Source: a virus (taxonomy: Duplodnaviria > Caudoviricetes). Taken from it: a stretch of 64,000 nt of DNA. A program made the translations under genes and the position numbers. Shown one piece after another: positions 30,704 through 40,923 of this stretch (positions within the stretch are counted from its first letter, which is position 1; the number at the start of each line of letters is the position of its first letter). The stretch spans positions 1 to 64,000 of IMG/VR virus record IMGVR_UViG_3300014590_000001; one strand, written 5' to 3'. The notes beneath the pieces are model-generated. The model did not search any database. It saw nothing but the letters and a program-made list of their open reading frames with translations, and was not told the DNA's origin.

Positions 30704-31219
30704 ATGCCAAAGGTAACTCTTACCGAATTTTCCAGTACGGGCGATCCGTTACTGGATGATAACTTTGAACTTCTGCTGAACGTTCCTGATGCAGTCGGCG
30801 GCACAAGCTACACAAGTATGCTGCGTATTCAGTGTAAAACTGGTGTGAAACCCGGCTCTACTCTGGAAGACATTATGAAAGAAGCGTTTGGTTTCCAGTT
30901 GAACTACGCTGGACGTAAAACGTTTACTCATAGTTTCTCTACGGAGTTCAACGAAAACGCAGAAATGGCTGTGTATAAGCCGCTGGAAAAATGGCATGAA
31001 ATGGTTCGTGCAACTGAAACTCAGTTGGGCGCAGTGAAATCCGAATACGCAACCAAAGCAATCTTCCGTATCTTTAAACAGGACGGCTCTATTGCTGGTG
31101 AGTATGAAATTTTCGGCGTGTGGCCTAAGCAGGTTCCGGATCTTAGTTTCAACGGCACGGCTCAGGCTATTCAGGTTTCTATTGAGTGGTCATTCGACTA
31201 CGTGAAACCGAAAGCGTAA
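30704..31219 (+). CDS. Tail tube protein (T4 gp19-like)
   Basis: Follows sheath; 'YAGRKTF', 'WHEMV', 'YEIFGVWP..V.DL.F', 'WSFDY'. Confidence 0.85.
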   Translation: MPKVTLTEFSSTGDPLLDDNFELLLNVPDAVGGTSYTSMLRIQCKTGVKPGSTLEDIMKEAFGFQLNYAGRKTFTHSFSTEFNENAEMAVYKPLEKWHEMVRATETQLGAVKSEYATKAIFRIFKQDGSIAGEYEIFGVWPKQVPDLSFNGTAQAIQVSIEWSFDYVKPKA

Positions 31220-31225
31220 ATAAGT

Positions 31226-31247
31226 TGGGGCGTAACTGCCCCACTTT
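31226..31247 (+). terminator. Terminator after the tube gene
   Basis: TGGGGC-gtaact-GCCCCA-CTTT. Confidence 0.7.
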
Positions 31248-31263
31248 GATTCGAGGTAACTGT

Positions 31264-31932
31264 ATGCTGTTTTTTGTGAGTGTGTCTGCTCCGCGTTTAC
31301 CGAAAATCAAAATCGAAGATTGTGATTGGTATCGTTTCGAAGGTGCTCGTAAAGTTGCAGTCGAGAACAAAGAATTCGAAGCTGATATTGAAGCAAAAGA
31401 TGTTTTTGGAACTTGCATCATCAAGAACAAAATCTATCTGCTTCACCGTGACGATCCAGATGTTGTTTTTCTTATCGACGCTAAAACTGCACGATCTCTG
31501 TTAGGCCGCTCGCGTCCGTTCAGTGGTAAAGTTAAAGGAATAAAAGTTAGTGGCAAGAAAGCTAACACTGCCGCACAACCGAAACTTCCTACTAAGCCGC
31601 GTGACGCAAAGCCTGAAGCGCGTATTTATGAAGTGGACGATTCTGTAGGCAAAGAAAACAAAAAGCTGACAGATAAAATCCGCACTGCGAAACTTTCTGG
31701 TGCTAATCGTCTGACGTTTATTGCTGGCGTTCCAATGCCAACAACTGAAACATATAATTACTATGATGCCACTGATACTTTTGCGCCGTTCGATGGACAG
31801 CCTAAAGAGAAGTGGGAAAAAGCGCTGGAAGATGCTGTGCTGAAAGTTATTCCGCAGGGCTATATAGTTGGTGCTGCCGTGATGAAAATTGACGGCGCTA
31901 TGCGTCCGTGTTTGATCGTCGTGGAGAAATAA
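31264..31932 (+). CDS. Hypothetical probable head protein
   Basis: GAGG RBS; starts MLFFVSVSA (S-x-S) then the 'WYRFEG...KDVFG' module. Confidence 0.5.
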   Translation: MLFFVSVSAPRLPKIKIEDCDWYRFEGARKVAVENKEFEADIEAKDVFGTCIIKNKIYLLHRDDPDVVFLIDAKTARSLLGRSRPFSGKVKGIKVSGKKANTAAQPKLPTKPRDAKPEARIYEVDDSVGKENKKLTDKIRTAKLSGANRLTFIAGVPMPTTETYNYYDATDTFAPFDGQPKEKWEKALEDAVLKVIPQGYIVGAAVMKIDGAMRPCLIVVEK

Positions 31933-31934
31933 TT

Positions 31935-32447
31935 ATGCCAGCGGTTACTCTTACAGAATTGCAAGATGCTGCCGCTCCTGGGCTTGCTGATCCGTTCACT
32001 ACAGAAAAATGGCGAATCGTTTCTCTTCCATCCATTCGAGGCGTGTCTCTCAGTCCTCTTGCGTGTGAAGAGATCGAATTGCCTTTTCCTGTTTTTACGG
32101 AGAAGTCGAAAGAAATTGCGAGTACGCAAATTCACTGGCCTCATGGAAGTAGCATTGACGGTTTCTCTTCTCAATGGGGAATCGACCAGAAAGCTGCTGT
32201 ATTAAAATATTTTCAAGCGTGGTCTGAATTAATTCAGAACCCGTACACTGGTGGATTCAATCTGCCGTCTGTTTATAAAAAGCGTTTGCAGGTTGCGTTG
32301 TTTGATATCAAAGGGCAAGTAATTGCCACCTCAGAAGTTCGTAACGTTTGGCCTATTGGCCCTCAGAGTTTGCAACTGAACGGTACAGGTGGACGAGGAA
32401 TGATATCAGTGCAATGGAAGTGTGACGCTCAACGTCTTTTGTTCTAA
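31935..32447 (+). CDS. Tube-like baseplate/tube initiator protein (T4 gp54-like)
   Basis: Paralog of the tube: MPAVTLTEL vs MPKVTLTEF, 'YFQAW', 'YKK', 'NVWP'. Confidence 0.7.
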   Translation: MPAVTLTELQDAAAPGLADPFTTEKWRIVSLPSIRGVSLSPLACEEIELPFPVFTEKSKEIASTQIHWPHGSSIDGFSSQWGIDQKAAVLKYFQAWSELIQNPYTGGFNLPSVYKKRLQVALFDIKGQVIATSEVRNVWPIGPQSLQLNGTGGRGMISVQWKCDAQRLLF

Positions 32448-32456
32448 AGGAAATCT

Positions 32457-33140
32457 ATGGAAATCATCACGCGCAGTCTCCCTTCTACCGGATGGAAATC
32501 TGGTTTGCCAGCTAGTTTTGATATGCGTCCTTTCGGCGGTAAAGAATCAATCTACATTGCCGAAGCAATCGAACAAAACAGTTTGGCACCGATTCTTCTC
32601 AAAGCACTTCCGAACGTGCTTTCAATTCCTATTGATATGCTTTCAATTCAGGATGCTTATGCGTTAGTGTTTCAGCAACGCATGATGATCGAAGACTCTC
32701 CTTTGAATGTTCCGTGGCTGTGCGTTCAACCGCTTTTTGAATTTGCGGATGGCGTGTTTCAGGAACCGCGCGATGATGAAATTCCATTAAATACTTTCCC
32801 GTGCGAATCGCATAACATCGGCACAATTTCAGAAGAAGCAGTTACGATCCTAACTCTTACTGCTGCCTCTGATGAATTCGATCTGCCTCGCATGATTAAC
32901 TACGAAGCTGCACACGAAAGTCGCTTCAACTGGTTTGTTGCGCATATGGGCGTTCACTTTGATCGCAACTACGCAATTTTAGAACAGCAAAAAGATTTGA
33001 AACTTTGGATGCGTTTAACGGAATGGGTAGCCGGTTGCGTTCACGGTATCCCTCGCGATATTACGCTTCATTGTCCAACGTGCCGACGCGAAAGCACTCG
33101 CACTTGGGAAATGCTGCCGAAGATTTTCGATAATGCTTGA
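32457..33140 (+). CDS. Baseplate hub/tail assembly chaperone (T4 gp26-like)
   Basis: 'LPS.G', 'MRPF..KE', 'L...D....F..R', C-terminal CPTC. Confidence 0.6.
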   Translation: MEIITRSLPSTGWKSGLPASFDMRPFGGKESIYIAEAIEQNSLAPILLKALPNVLSIPIDMLSIQDAYALVFQQRMMIEDSPLNVPWLCVQPLFEFADGVFQEPRDDEIPLNTFPCESHNIGTISEEAVTILTLTAASDEFDLPRMINYEAAHESRFNWFVAHMGVHFDRNYAILEQQKDLKLWMRLTEWVAGCVHGIPRDITLHCPTCRRESTRTWEMLPKIFDNA

Positions 33141-33978
33141 GATAGCGCTTCCTTCCGGACGTGTTGATGTGCGTATTGAAAAACAATTCACGGTTGATCA
33201 TATGCCGTCATTGTACAACGCGCAGAAATACGTCCTGCCAGAAATGTTTGTGAAGACTCTACAACATTTCGCGAACGTTGATTTAATGGATATGCTTTTA
33301 GAAGATTTCCGTTACTTCATCTTGATGTTTGAAAAAAGTAGTTGGCCTGAAAGTCACCGCATTTATGAATGGCGCTGCGTTATGCCATTCTATATTACAG
33401 GTCAAGGTGAACGAGTTTATGATCGACCTTTGCGCAGACGTTCGCGGGAAGTTGAATGCAATAAACTCAACACCGAAGAAGTTTCTCGCCAGCAAATCAA
33501 AGTTTATCCGTGGCGCAATATGCCTGAAGGTTTCAAACATCCTACAGTGCGCCGTTGGGTAGAACATTTTGAACTGGTGGATAAATACGGGAAGGATGCA
33601 GAGGCTGCAATCTGGATCGATAGCGATGCAGACTTAGAAACAACAATTCGAATGTCTTCGCTTTCTGATTTGCGCCGTGCGAAAAAACTTTCATTTCGTA
33701 TTTGTGAAATGGAAACTAAATTCAAGTGCAACCACTGCTTACGTCAGTACACTACTTTGCAGCCGATTGAAATACTCGGTCACTTGAGAACATACAGCGA
33801 TCAATCGTTGATGAATATGTCTCTTGATCTCGCCGCGTCGAATAAAATTTATTTCCCTGACGATGGTGCATTAATGAAACTTCTGTATTGGTACAGTTGC
33901 TACATTAAAGATCGAAATGCTGCGGAAGAAGAACGACGTAAGATCGCTGCGATACGAAGCAGGGGAGGACGACGTTAA
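33133..33978 (+). CDS. Second hub/tail assembly chaperone-like protein
   Basis: 'IALPSG', 'DMLLEDF.Y', 'KCNHC'; distant paralog of the previous gene. Confidence 0.5.
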   Translation: MLEIALPSGRVDVRIEKQFTVDHMPSLYNAQKYVLPEMFVKTLQHFANVDLMDMLLEDFRYFILMFEKSSWPESHRIYEWRCVMPFYITGQGERVYDRPLRRRSREVECNKLNTEEVSRQQIKVYPWRNMPEGFKHPTVRRWVEHFELVDKYGKDAEAAIWIDSDADLETTIRMSSLSDLRRAKKLSFRICEMETKFKCNHCLRQYTTLQPIEILGHLRTYSDQSLMNMSLDLAASNKIYFPDDGALMKLLYWYSCYIKDRNAAEEERRKIAAIRSRGGRR

Positions 33979-36689
33979 TGGACGCAACCATGCTTTCGGA
34001 CGAACAACTTTCTGCGCTTGAATTAATGATGACTCATGCAGATGAAGCTCATATTCTTGCGCAGGGTGCTCCGAAAAGAAAACGCAAACAAAAAACTCTT
34101 GCTGAAATGTTCCCTGATGGTTTCCATTACGAAGAGGAATACGTAGGTACAGGATCACGCGCTGCTAACAGAGAAATGAAAGCTCGCAAAGCTGAAAAAG
34201 CTGCGAAGCCTGATAATCGTGAAGTTGTTAAAGCGCTTGAAACTGCGTTCGCTGAACAGAGTGACGACAACGACAATATTGTTCGTTCTGTACGAGAAGG
34301 AACTGAAACAACTAAAGACGTTGCTAAAACATTGGCTGATTGGTTGAAGTGGTCGAAAGATCGTGCATTCCGTGAAGATCACAAAGCTGTTACGGAAGAC
34401 TCAATTAGCCCTCCAACTACACCACGCTCTCGCAGGGTAAATAGTGATGCTGCGGATGATGTTGATGATTCAAATGATTTCGAAGACGCGACTGATCGCA
34501 ACGGTCGGAGAACTCGTCGCCGTAGGAAAACTCGCGGTAGACCTCGCTCTCGCCTCCGTGCGCGAGTCAGAAAATTTGGACGAAGCAAGTTAGGAAAAAT
34601 TGCAGGACTTGCTGTATTGGCTGGCGCAGGTTTGGGATTTTCATCTTGGTTGAAAGATGATACCAGTGAGAATCTTGAAAAAGATTCCGATGAAGCGCCT
34701 GAAGTTTCTGAAACTGAAAACGTTAATGCTCCACAAGAGGCAAAAGAAACTGGAAGTGAAACCCCACGCGTTGCAAATACTGTTCCTCTAACTCCCGAAC
34801 AGCAACAAGCAAAAGAAGAATCGCAAGCTAAACAGGATGCTGCTTGGGATGTGGGAACAACTGGTGCTCTGTTGCTTGGTGGTGCGAAACGTATTCCGTT
34901 TGTTGGTGCTGCTGTTTCTGCTGCTGATGGAATATATCAGGCTAAGAAAATAAACGACGATGACACGTTAACGCCGGAAGAGAAAAAGAAAGCGCAAGTT
35001 ACGAACGGTGTAACTACTGCGGGATCTGCAACTGGTGCAACTGTTGGTGCGTGGGCTGGTGGCATTCTCGGTAGTATTGTTCCTGGGGCTGGTACTGCAA
35101 TTGGTGCGACTCTAGGCGGTTTGCTTGGCGGTTATCTTGGTGACAAAATAGGTGAATTTGTTGCAGAGAAAATCACTAACGAAACTGATAGCGCTGTCGA
35201 AGAAGATCGCAAACGTCGTGAGCAAGAAGATGCTAAAGCGGCATTGATTGATAACCCTGTTGCGTCAAAATATTCTGCGCCGATCTTTATGCCTCTCGCA
35301 CTTGGCGGTGCTAGTCCAACGGGTGCTGCTGCGGGATTCAATTATGGTTGGGGAGGTGGCGGCCCTGCTCGTTATCCTGGCCAAACTTCTCAACGTGCTA
35401 ACGATATCGCGAAGAAAGTTTTAAGTAGCGAAAAAATTGGCGGCGTGTCTGAACAGTTTGAATCTGGTGGTCGCGGCGTAGGAACTGTAAGTAGTGGCGC
35501 AGGTGATTACGGCGGCGTGAGTTACGGTAAACATCAACTTGCTTCTGCAAACGGAAGTATGGCGCAATTTCTTGCATCGCCTGAAGCGAAAAATGTTGCT
35601 GCTGATTTTAATGGATTAACCCCAGGCACTGCGCAATTCAACGAGCGTTACAGAGAAGTTGCTGGCACTCGTTCGAAAGAAATGGAAGACGCGCAATATC
35701 AATATCTGGTTCGTACACACTACGCGCCAACTGCGGAGAAACTTGAAAAGAATCTCGGCATTGATATGGATAAGAAAGGCCGTGCATTTAAAGAAATGGT
35801 TTACTCCACTTCTATGCAGTACGGCGGTAATGCTGCTTCGAAAATCCAACGTGCGCTTAATGGGAAAGACATTAACAGCATGACGGAAGAAGAAATGATT
35901 GAGGCCGTTCAGAAAGATAAGTATGCGAACGTGCAAAATGATTTCCGTAGCAGTAGCCCACAAGTACAGCAAGGCGTTGCTGCGCGTACTCTGAAGGAAA
36001 TGGAAGTTCTGCGTGAAGTTGCGAAGAACAACAAGGAACCGGAAACAAAACCTGTTGAGCAATCTCAGCCAAATGTTCCGCTCAATAACAGCGAAATGCT
36101 GGCAGTTAAAACTGAAGGGAAAGAAACAGAATATGTTATTCCTGAAGGTGCGCTTGCTAAACAGAAAGAAAAGCTCGATGCTGCTCTTACTCCGGAAAAA
36201 GCTCCTGTTGAGAAGTCGTTCGAGAAGAAAAGTGTTCCAGAGAAAGAAGCTGAACTTGCGGAACTTCGTGAGCAAAAAGATTTCATGGAACGCAAAGTTG
36301 CTTATATCAAAGCGCATCCGGAAATTACTCGCGCTGATGATAAAAAAGTTAACGAAATTATTCGCGAACAGAAACGTAGAGAAGCTGTTCCTGATGTTCA
36401 GTCTGTTGGCGGTGAAACTCCTGCTCGTTCAGAATCACTTGCAGTTAAAGAGCAAGCGGCTCCGAATATTGAACGCGTTAAACCTCTTGAAGAACTTCCT
36501 GCTCCTACTCAAGTTGAACAGGTTCAGACTGCGCAAAACACTTCGGAAAGTTCTGGCGGTGCTTCAATGCCGAAAGGATCTGCGCGAAGTGTTCCATCTT
36601 CGTCTGGTGGGAAAACTCCTTCACTCGATGATATTCCAGTTATTCTGGACGATCCGATGCTCAACATGATTAACATAGGGTACGTCTAA
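33978..36689 (+). CDS. Tape-measure-like/tail-associated protein with muramidase (VgrG3-like) domain
   Basis: Gly/Ala-rich hydrophobic segment (GAWAGGILGSIVPGAGTAIGATLGGLLGG); 'SEQFESGG...VSSG.GD.GGVSYGKHQ', 'STSMQYG' lysozyme-like motifs. Confidence 0.75.
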   Translation: MDATMLSDEQLSALELMMTHADEAHILAQGAPKRKRKQKTLAEMFPDGFHYEEEYVGTGSRAANREMKARKAEKAAKPDNREVVKALETAFAEQSDDNDNIVRSVREGTETTKDVAKTLADWLKWSKDRAFREDHKAVTEDSISPPTTPRSRRVNSDAADDVDDSNDFEDATDRNGRRTRRRRKTRGRPRSRLRARVRKFGRSKLGKIAGLAVLAGAGLGFSSWLKDDTSENLEKDSDEAPEVSETENVNAPQEAKETGSETPRVANTVPLTPEQQQAKEESQAKQDAAWDVGTTGALLLGGAKRIPFVGAAVSAADGIYQAKKINDDDTLTPEEKKKAQVTNGVTTAGSATGATVGAWAGGILGSIVPGAGTAIGATLGGLLGGYLGDKIGEFVAEKITNETDSAVEEDRKRREQEDAKAALIDNPVASKYSAPIFMPLALGGASPTGAAAGFNYGWGGGGPARYPGQTSQRANDIAKKVLSSEKIGGVSEQFESGGRGVGTVSSGAGDYGGVSYGKHQLASANGSMAQFLASPEAKNVAADFNGLTPGTAQFNERYREVAGTRSKEMEDAQYQYLVRTHYAPTAEKLEKNLGIDMDKKGRAFKEMVYSTSMQYGGNAASKIQRALNGKDINSMTEEEMIEAVQKDKYANVQNDFRSSSPQVQQGVAARTLKEMEVLREVAKNNKEPETKPVEQSQPNVPLNNSEMLAVKTEGKETEYVIPEGALAKQKEKLDAALTPEKAPVEKSFEKKSVPEKEAELAELREQKDFMERKVAYIKAHPEITRADDKKVNEIIREQKRREAVPDVQSVGGETPARSESLAVKEQAAPNIERVKPLEELPAPTQVEQVQTAQNTSESSGGASMPKGSARSVPSSSGGKTPSLDDIPVILDDPMLNMINIGYV

Positions 36690-37510
36690 TGGCTAACTAC
36701 TTAATGAAATCGGACGGGGCGGCTCCTGCTGCTCCGGCGGGAGGTTCCAGTAAGGAAAACTTTATTGATGTAGACAATATGTATAAATTGCGTCTATACA
36801 ATAAATCTGGTTCCATTAAATTTGAAGGTTATATTCCTCCTGATTTTTCTTTCGCTCTCAATTCAAACTGGACTGCGCCTTTTGAAAACACAACTTTGAA
36901 CAACATTGCTCAGGATGGTATTAAGCATGTGTGGAATGGTGTGGGTGCGAAAGGCGCACGGGCGGGTGACATTCTGCAATCGGGCATGACGATGGGCGGT
37001 GGATCAACTTTCATGAAAGCGCTGTCTGCTAGAAAGTGGGCTGGCCCAAGTTTCTTTGAGATTGATTTGCCAATCTTCGTCGATGCTTACACTGACACAA
37101 AAAAGGAAGTCATAGATAACATCATTGCACTTCTAAGTTTGTGTGCTCCTTCAGAAAAAGGCGGTTTGATTATTCCTCCTGGGCCAGCGCCAATTGATCA
37201 GGTTGCAAACTCTCTTATCGGAAGCGCAGGGCAGATTGTAAATGCTTCACCTGATTGGCTCGCGGGTAAATTGAAAGATATAGATTACGAGAAACTTGCG
37301 GTTGATGATGCTGAAAGTTTCATTGTTGAGATTGGTAACTTCTTTAAGATGACTCCTGCTATTATTGACAGCGTAAGCGCAAACTTTGATAACGTGTGGG
37401 AAGATGGCTCAGGAAACCCAATCTCTGTAGATTTCGTTTTACGTGTTTCGTCTTACTTCGCTGTAACGCGTGAGGATCTAAGAAAATGGTTCAAACAACC
37501 GGCGGCATAG
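36689..37510 (+). CDS. Baseplate/tube-initiator protein (gp48-like)
   Basis: After the tape measure; 'W.GP', 'VEIGNFF', 'IIDSVSANFD', 'GNPISVD'. Confidence 0.55.
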   Translation: MANYLMKSDGAAPAAPAGGSSKENFIDVDNMYKLRLYNKSGSIKFEGYIPPDFSFALNSNWTAPFENTTLNNIAQDGIKHVWNGVGAKGARAGDILQSGMTMGGGSTFMKALSARKWAGPSFFEIDLPIFVDAYTDTKKEVIDNIIALLSLCAPSEKGGLIIPPGPAPIDQVANSLIGSAGQIVNASPDWLAGKLKDIDYEKLAVDDAESFIVEIGNFFKMTPAIIDSVSANFDNVWEDGSGNPISVDFVLRVSSYFAVTREDLRKWFKQPAA

Positions 37511-37776
37511 ATAAGTTTGGTTTAGATCCTTTAACTCAACCGATTTTCGAAGATGTAGATAATTCCAATTCTGTAAATGTTTTAATAGATGCAGGTCTTG
37601 AGGGTAATCCTCAGATGGTATCGCATAAACAGTTTGGAACTAATGCGTACTGGCGGCATATTTTGATTGCGAATGGATTGTTTCATCCCAGCCAATTGCT
37701 TGCAGGAATGACGATTCAAATTCCTATCAAACGGCCTGTGCTGCCTACCAAGAAAATCAAGAGGACAACAATCTAA
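37486..37776 (+). CDS. LysM-like baseplate wedge protein (gp53/gpX-like)
   Basis: 'VSHKQFGTNAYWRHILIANGL..P..L.AG..IQIP'. Confidence 0.7.
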   Translation: MVQTTGGIDKFGLDPLTQPIFEDVDNSNSVNVLIDAGLEGNPQMVSHKQFGTNAYWRHILIANGLFHPSQLLAGMTIQIPIKRPVLPTKKIKRTTI

Positions 37777-38186
37777 TGCCAATCGTAAACGGAAAGATCA
37801 TTCGCGATAAGCCGAAGAAAAAGAAAGGTCTTATCGAAGAACAAAAAGAGAAAGCTACCAAACGCTTGCGCGACAAGGCTCTCGGTAAGAAAGAAAAGGA
37901 ACCGAAAAAAGTTTCGAAACTTCTCAAGGCAGAGAAAGAAGAGAAGCCTAAGAAAAAGAAATCCAAATCTAAGGATGAAGATTTCATTCGCACTGGCGAT
38001 AACTCTGGTCTGCGTATCGAACTTTCCGAATACAATGGCAAGCAAGTTGTTGCCGTCCGTAAACTGTACTGCACCAAAGCCGATCCGGAAATGAAGGTTG
38101 GCTCTGGTGGTTTCAACTTGCCTCAAGATAAGAAAGTTTTGAAAGCTCTTATCACGCAGTTGCAGGAAGTTTGCGATAGTTTGTAA
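37776..38186 (+). CDS. PC4/YdbC-like ssDNA-binding protein with Lys-rich N-terminal tail
   Basis: 'LRIELSEYNGKQVVAVRKLY....E.K.G..GFNL' PC4 signature. Confidence 0.65.
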   Translation: MPIVNGKIIRDKPKKKKGLIEEQKEKATKRLRDKALGKKEKEPKKVSKLLKAEKEEKPKKKKSKSKDEDFIRTGDNSGLRIELSEYNGKQVVAVRKLYCTKADPEMKVGSGGFNLPQDKKVLKALITQLQEVCDSL

Positions 38187-38193
38187 TTGCATG

Positions 38194-38217
38194 AGGCAGA
38201 TTAATTCTGCCTTTTTG
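38194..38217 (+). terminator. Rho-independent terminator
   Basis: AGGCAGA-ttaat-TCTGCCT followed by a T run. Confidence 0.8.
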
Positions 38218-38248
38218 CGTTTCTATCGGAATTTTGTAGGAGTCATTT

Positions 38249-40132
38249 ATGGCTGGCGATTCTATTGGCGGCATTCAGGGGCAAGGTTATCTTTCGTTGA
38301 TGATCGACGGCAAATCATTGCCTCCTTCTCCTGGGTTAGTTCGTTCCATTGATGTTTTGGAAAATACTTTTTCTGTTCCTGCTGCGGTAATGGTTTTTGC
38401 AGACAGAAACAATGCGCTGCGTGATAAGTTCGCTATCGTGGATGGAACTCAAATCACCATTACGATGGGCGCAACTTCTGAAAATTTAGATACCGTTACG
38501 TTCTCAACGATTGGCGTTCGCGAATTCGACGAGGGCGGTATGCGAATGCTGCGCGTTGTAGGATCAATCAACACTCCAAAATATTTGTATGACACGGCAG
38601 GTTTTTCTGTGCGCGGTACAAGTATTCAGGCGCTACAAAAAATTTGTGATCAGTGTGCGCTAACTTTGGATAGCAATGTCCAAACCGATGACAGTATGTT
38701 GTGGTTATCCGCAACTCAAAGCCCTAAACGTTTCTCCCACGAAATCGAACAGCATATGTGGATTAACGAAGAGGCGTTGCCGAAAGTTGTTGTGACTGCT
38801 GACCATCGAATGATCGTTCGTGATATTAACGAAGAACTCACGAAAGATCCGAAGTATGTTTTCTGCTTCAACGTACAACACGAAAAAGGTCAATTGCCTA
38901 TCACTGAATTTCGTCCGAAGTCTGTTAGCGGCGTAATGAATGGTGTGAGTAACTACGGTGATCGTTTACTGTGGACAAGCTCGGACGGCAAGACTAACGA
39001 ATTGAAGGGCGTAACGGTCAAAGGAAAAGATCCGTTAAACGTGAATAGTGATATTCGTGAAGGTATTGTTGGAACTCGTCAGGCATACGCTAGACCGACC
39101 AACGATATAAACCTGCACAAAAATTTCCAGCAAGCATATTACAACTGGAAGCGTCAAAACATGGCGTATACCGAAACCGCTCGCGCTCTGTATGTTGGCG
39201 GCGTTTCCGGAATTGATTTGCTTTCGTGCGTAGAAGTTAAATCGTGCTTCCCTATGCGCGATGGCGCAGGAAATATGGATTACAAAACTTCCGGTAACTG
39301 GATCGTCATTGGACGTACAAAGAGTTATCGCAACAACACGTATTGCGAAAGTTTCCTGCTCGCTCGTAACTTCACGCCAGTAAAAGGCGATACGAATATC
39401 GGCGGCGGCAAAAACATTCTGAACGTGCCAGTAAGTACCGTTGCAAATATCTTGCGCCCATTCCAGATTAACGGAAACATTACTCAGGCGCTCGATGGCA
39501 GTAGCATGATTGATAAGATTTTCACTAACCACGAACTGCGTCTGAACGTAATGATGGATCAGTTTAAAATGGATAGTGATATGTTCAGCTTCCCTGAACT
39601 CGCAGAAAAATATGGCGAGGGTGCTGATTTTCTTAATTCATTAATGCAAGAATTTAATATGGCGCGATTCCTTACTGGTATTTGTGACGGATTAAATCAA
39701 CTGCACAAACTGTCTATTAACATGGCGATTGACTTCGGGCCAACTATTCTTAGCGCTCTTGCGGGGCGTATGGATGCAATGGAAGGAATGCTCGGAGGAT
39801 TCACAAACGATATTAACAGACTGATTGCGAGCGGTGATATTCCCGATTACTACATGGGTGGCCCACAATTCTCTCAGAGTTGTGTAAGTAATAAACTGGA
39901 AGATTTGCAGCGCATGGTGAAAGATGAATTGCCTGATAAATGTTTGGATGCAAGTTCTATTTCTAAACTGTTTGGCCCTTCAACAAATCTTTCTCAACTG
40001 TTGCGTCAGACTGAAGAGAATCTGCGAAACCTTTTATGTAGCATGGGCGACGGCACCGTTGATGGCTCTAGTAAGTTCGGCGCACCTAACGGACAGAAAC
40101 TTTCAATGTATATGCCTGGGGTACAGTCATGA
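38249..40132 (+). CDS. Baseplate hub protein (gp27/VgrG/gpD-like) with helical C-terminal extension
   Basis: AGGAG RBS; precedes the spike gene; 'DYKTSGNWIVIG' hub-like C-terminal strand. Confidence 0.65.
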   Translation: MAGDSIGGIQGQGYLSLMIDGKSLPPSPGLVRSIDVLENTFSVPAAVMVFADRNNALRDKFAIVDGTQITITMGATSENLDTVTFSTIGVREFDEGGMRMLRVVGSINTPKYLYDTAGFSVRGTSIQALQKICDQCALTLDSNVQTDDSMLWLSATQSPKRFSHEIEQHMWINEEALPKVVVTADHRMIVRDINEELTKDPKYVFCFNVQHEKGQLPITEFRPKSVSGVMNGVSNYGDRLLWTSSDGKTNELKGVTVKGKDPLNVNSDIREGIVGTRQAYARPTNDINLHKNFQQAYYNWKRQNMAYTETARALYVGGVSGIDLLSCVEVKSCFPMRDGAGNMDYKTSGNWIVIGRTKSYRNNTYCESFLLARNFTPVKGDTNIGGGKNILNVPVSTVANILRPFQINGNITQALDGSSMIDKIFTNHELRLNVMMDQFKMDSDMFSFPELAEKYGEGADFLNSLMQEFNMARFLTGICDGLNQLHKLSINMAIDFGPTILSALAGRMDAMEGMLGGFTNDINRLIASGDIPDYYMGGPQFSQSCVSNKLEDLQRMVKDELPDKCLDASSISKLFGPSTNLSQLLRQTEENLRNLLCSMGDGTVDGSSKFGAPNGQKLSMYMPGVQS

Positions 40133-40914
40133 TGAATTTAAATGGTCATGTCGGAAAGAAAGGCATCGACCCAAATATGCGTTACGAAGGAATCGTTGTA
40201 GATAACGGCGATCCAAAACAGATAGGACAAGTTCGCGCACGTATCGCAGGAATCTTTGACGATATTGAAGACAAAGATTTGCCGTGGCTGCGTCCTAACA
40301 TGAAACAAATCGAAGGATGGAAAGGCGGTTCGGACGTTCACGCATTCGGATCTTTTGTTGTGCCTCAACATAATTCGAAAATCACGGTGAAGTTTGAAAC
40401 TGGTGATATGTACTCCGGCGAATACTTTAACGAAGCGCGTCCGACTGAAGCTGATATGTTGCCTGAAGCAAAGGTGAATTATCCTCACCGCATGGTGCAT
40501 CGTTTGAGTAGCGCAACGCAAATGATTATTGACCGCATGACAAAGGAATGTATTTTAATTCACGGCGGCGATTTCCATTTCGTTATTTTTGGTGACGTGA
40601 ACCAAACGATTGTAGGCAACCAACAATTAACGGTGACAGATTCCAAGTCGGATATTCCGGATTACATTCTCAACGATCCAGTTTTGTTGGCTCGCTCTCT
40701 GAAATCGGAACCGCGTAAACGCGTTAAGTTTGCTGGCGCTGCAAAAGGTAGTGCTGGCAATCAGTATACGCTGATTAAAGGAAACCAAACTGTTGAAGTT
40801 CGCGGAAATCGCTCTACAACAATTAAAGGCAATGACACGTTGAAAGTTACAGGTAGCGTTAAGCACGATGCAGGTAATTACAAAGTGAAAGCCGGACGAA
40901 TCGATCTCAACTAA
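40129..40914 (+). CDS. Baseplate central spike (gp5/gpV OB fold + beta helix)
   Basis: 'YEGIVVDN.DP...GQVRARI', 'LPW', 'VP..S.I.V.F..GD'; C-terminal 'IKGNQT.EV.GN' repeats ending IDLN. Confidence 0.85.
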   Translation: MMNLNGHVGKKGIDPNMRYEGIVVDNGDPKQIGQVRARIAGIFDDIEDKDLPWLRPNMKQIEGWKGGSDVHAFGSFVVPQHNSKITVKFETGDMYSGEYFNEARPTEADMLPEAKVNYPHRMVHRLSSATQMIIDRMTKECILIHGGDFHFVIFGDVNQTIVGNQQLTVTDSKSDIPDYILNDPVLLARSLKSEPRKRVKFAGAAKGSAGNQYTLIKGNQTVEVRGNRSTTIKGNDTLKVTGSVKHDAGNYKVKAGRIDLN

Positions 40915-40923
40915 GGAAGCATT

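Noticed and set aside
33100-33140. Programmed frameshift between the two tail chaperone genes
   Set aside because: No clear slippery heptamer; the second gene has its own ATG and a paralogous N-terminus.
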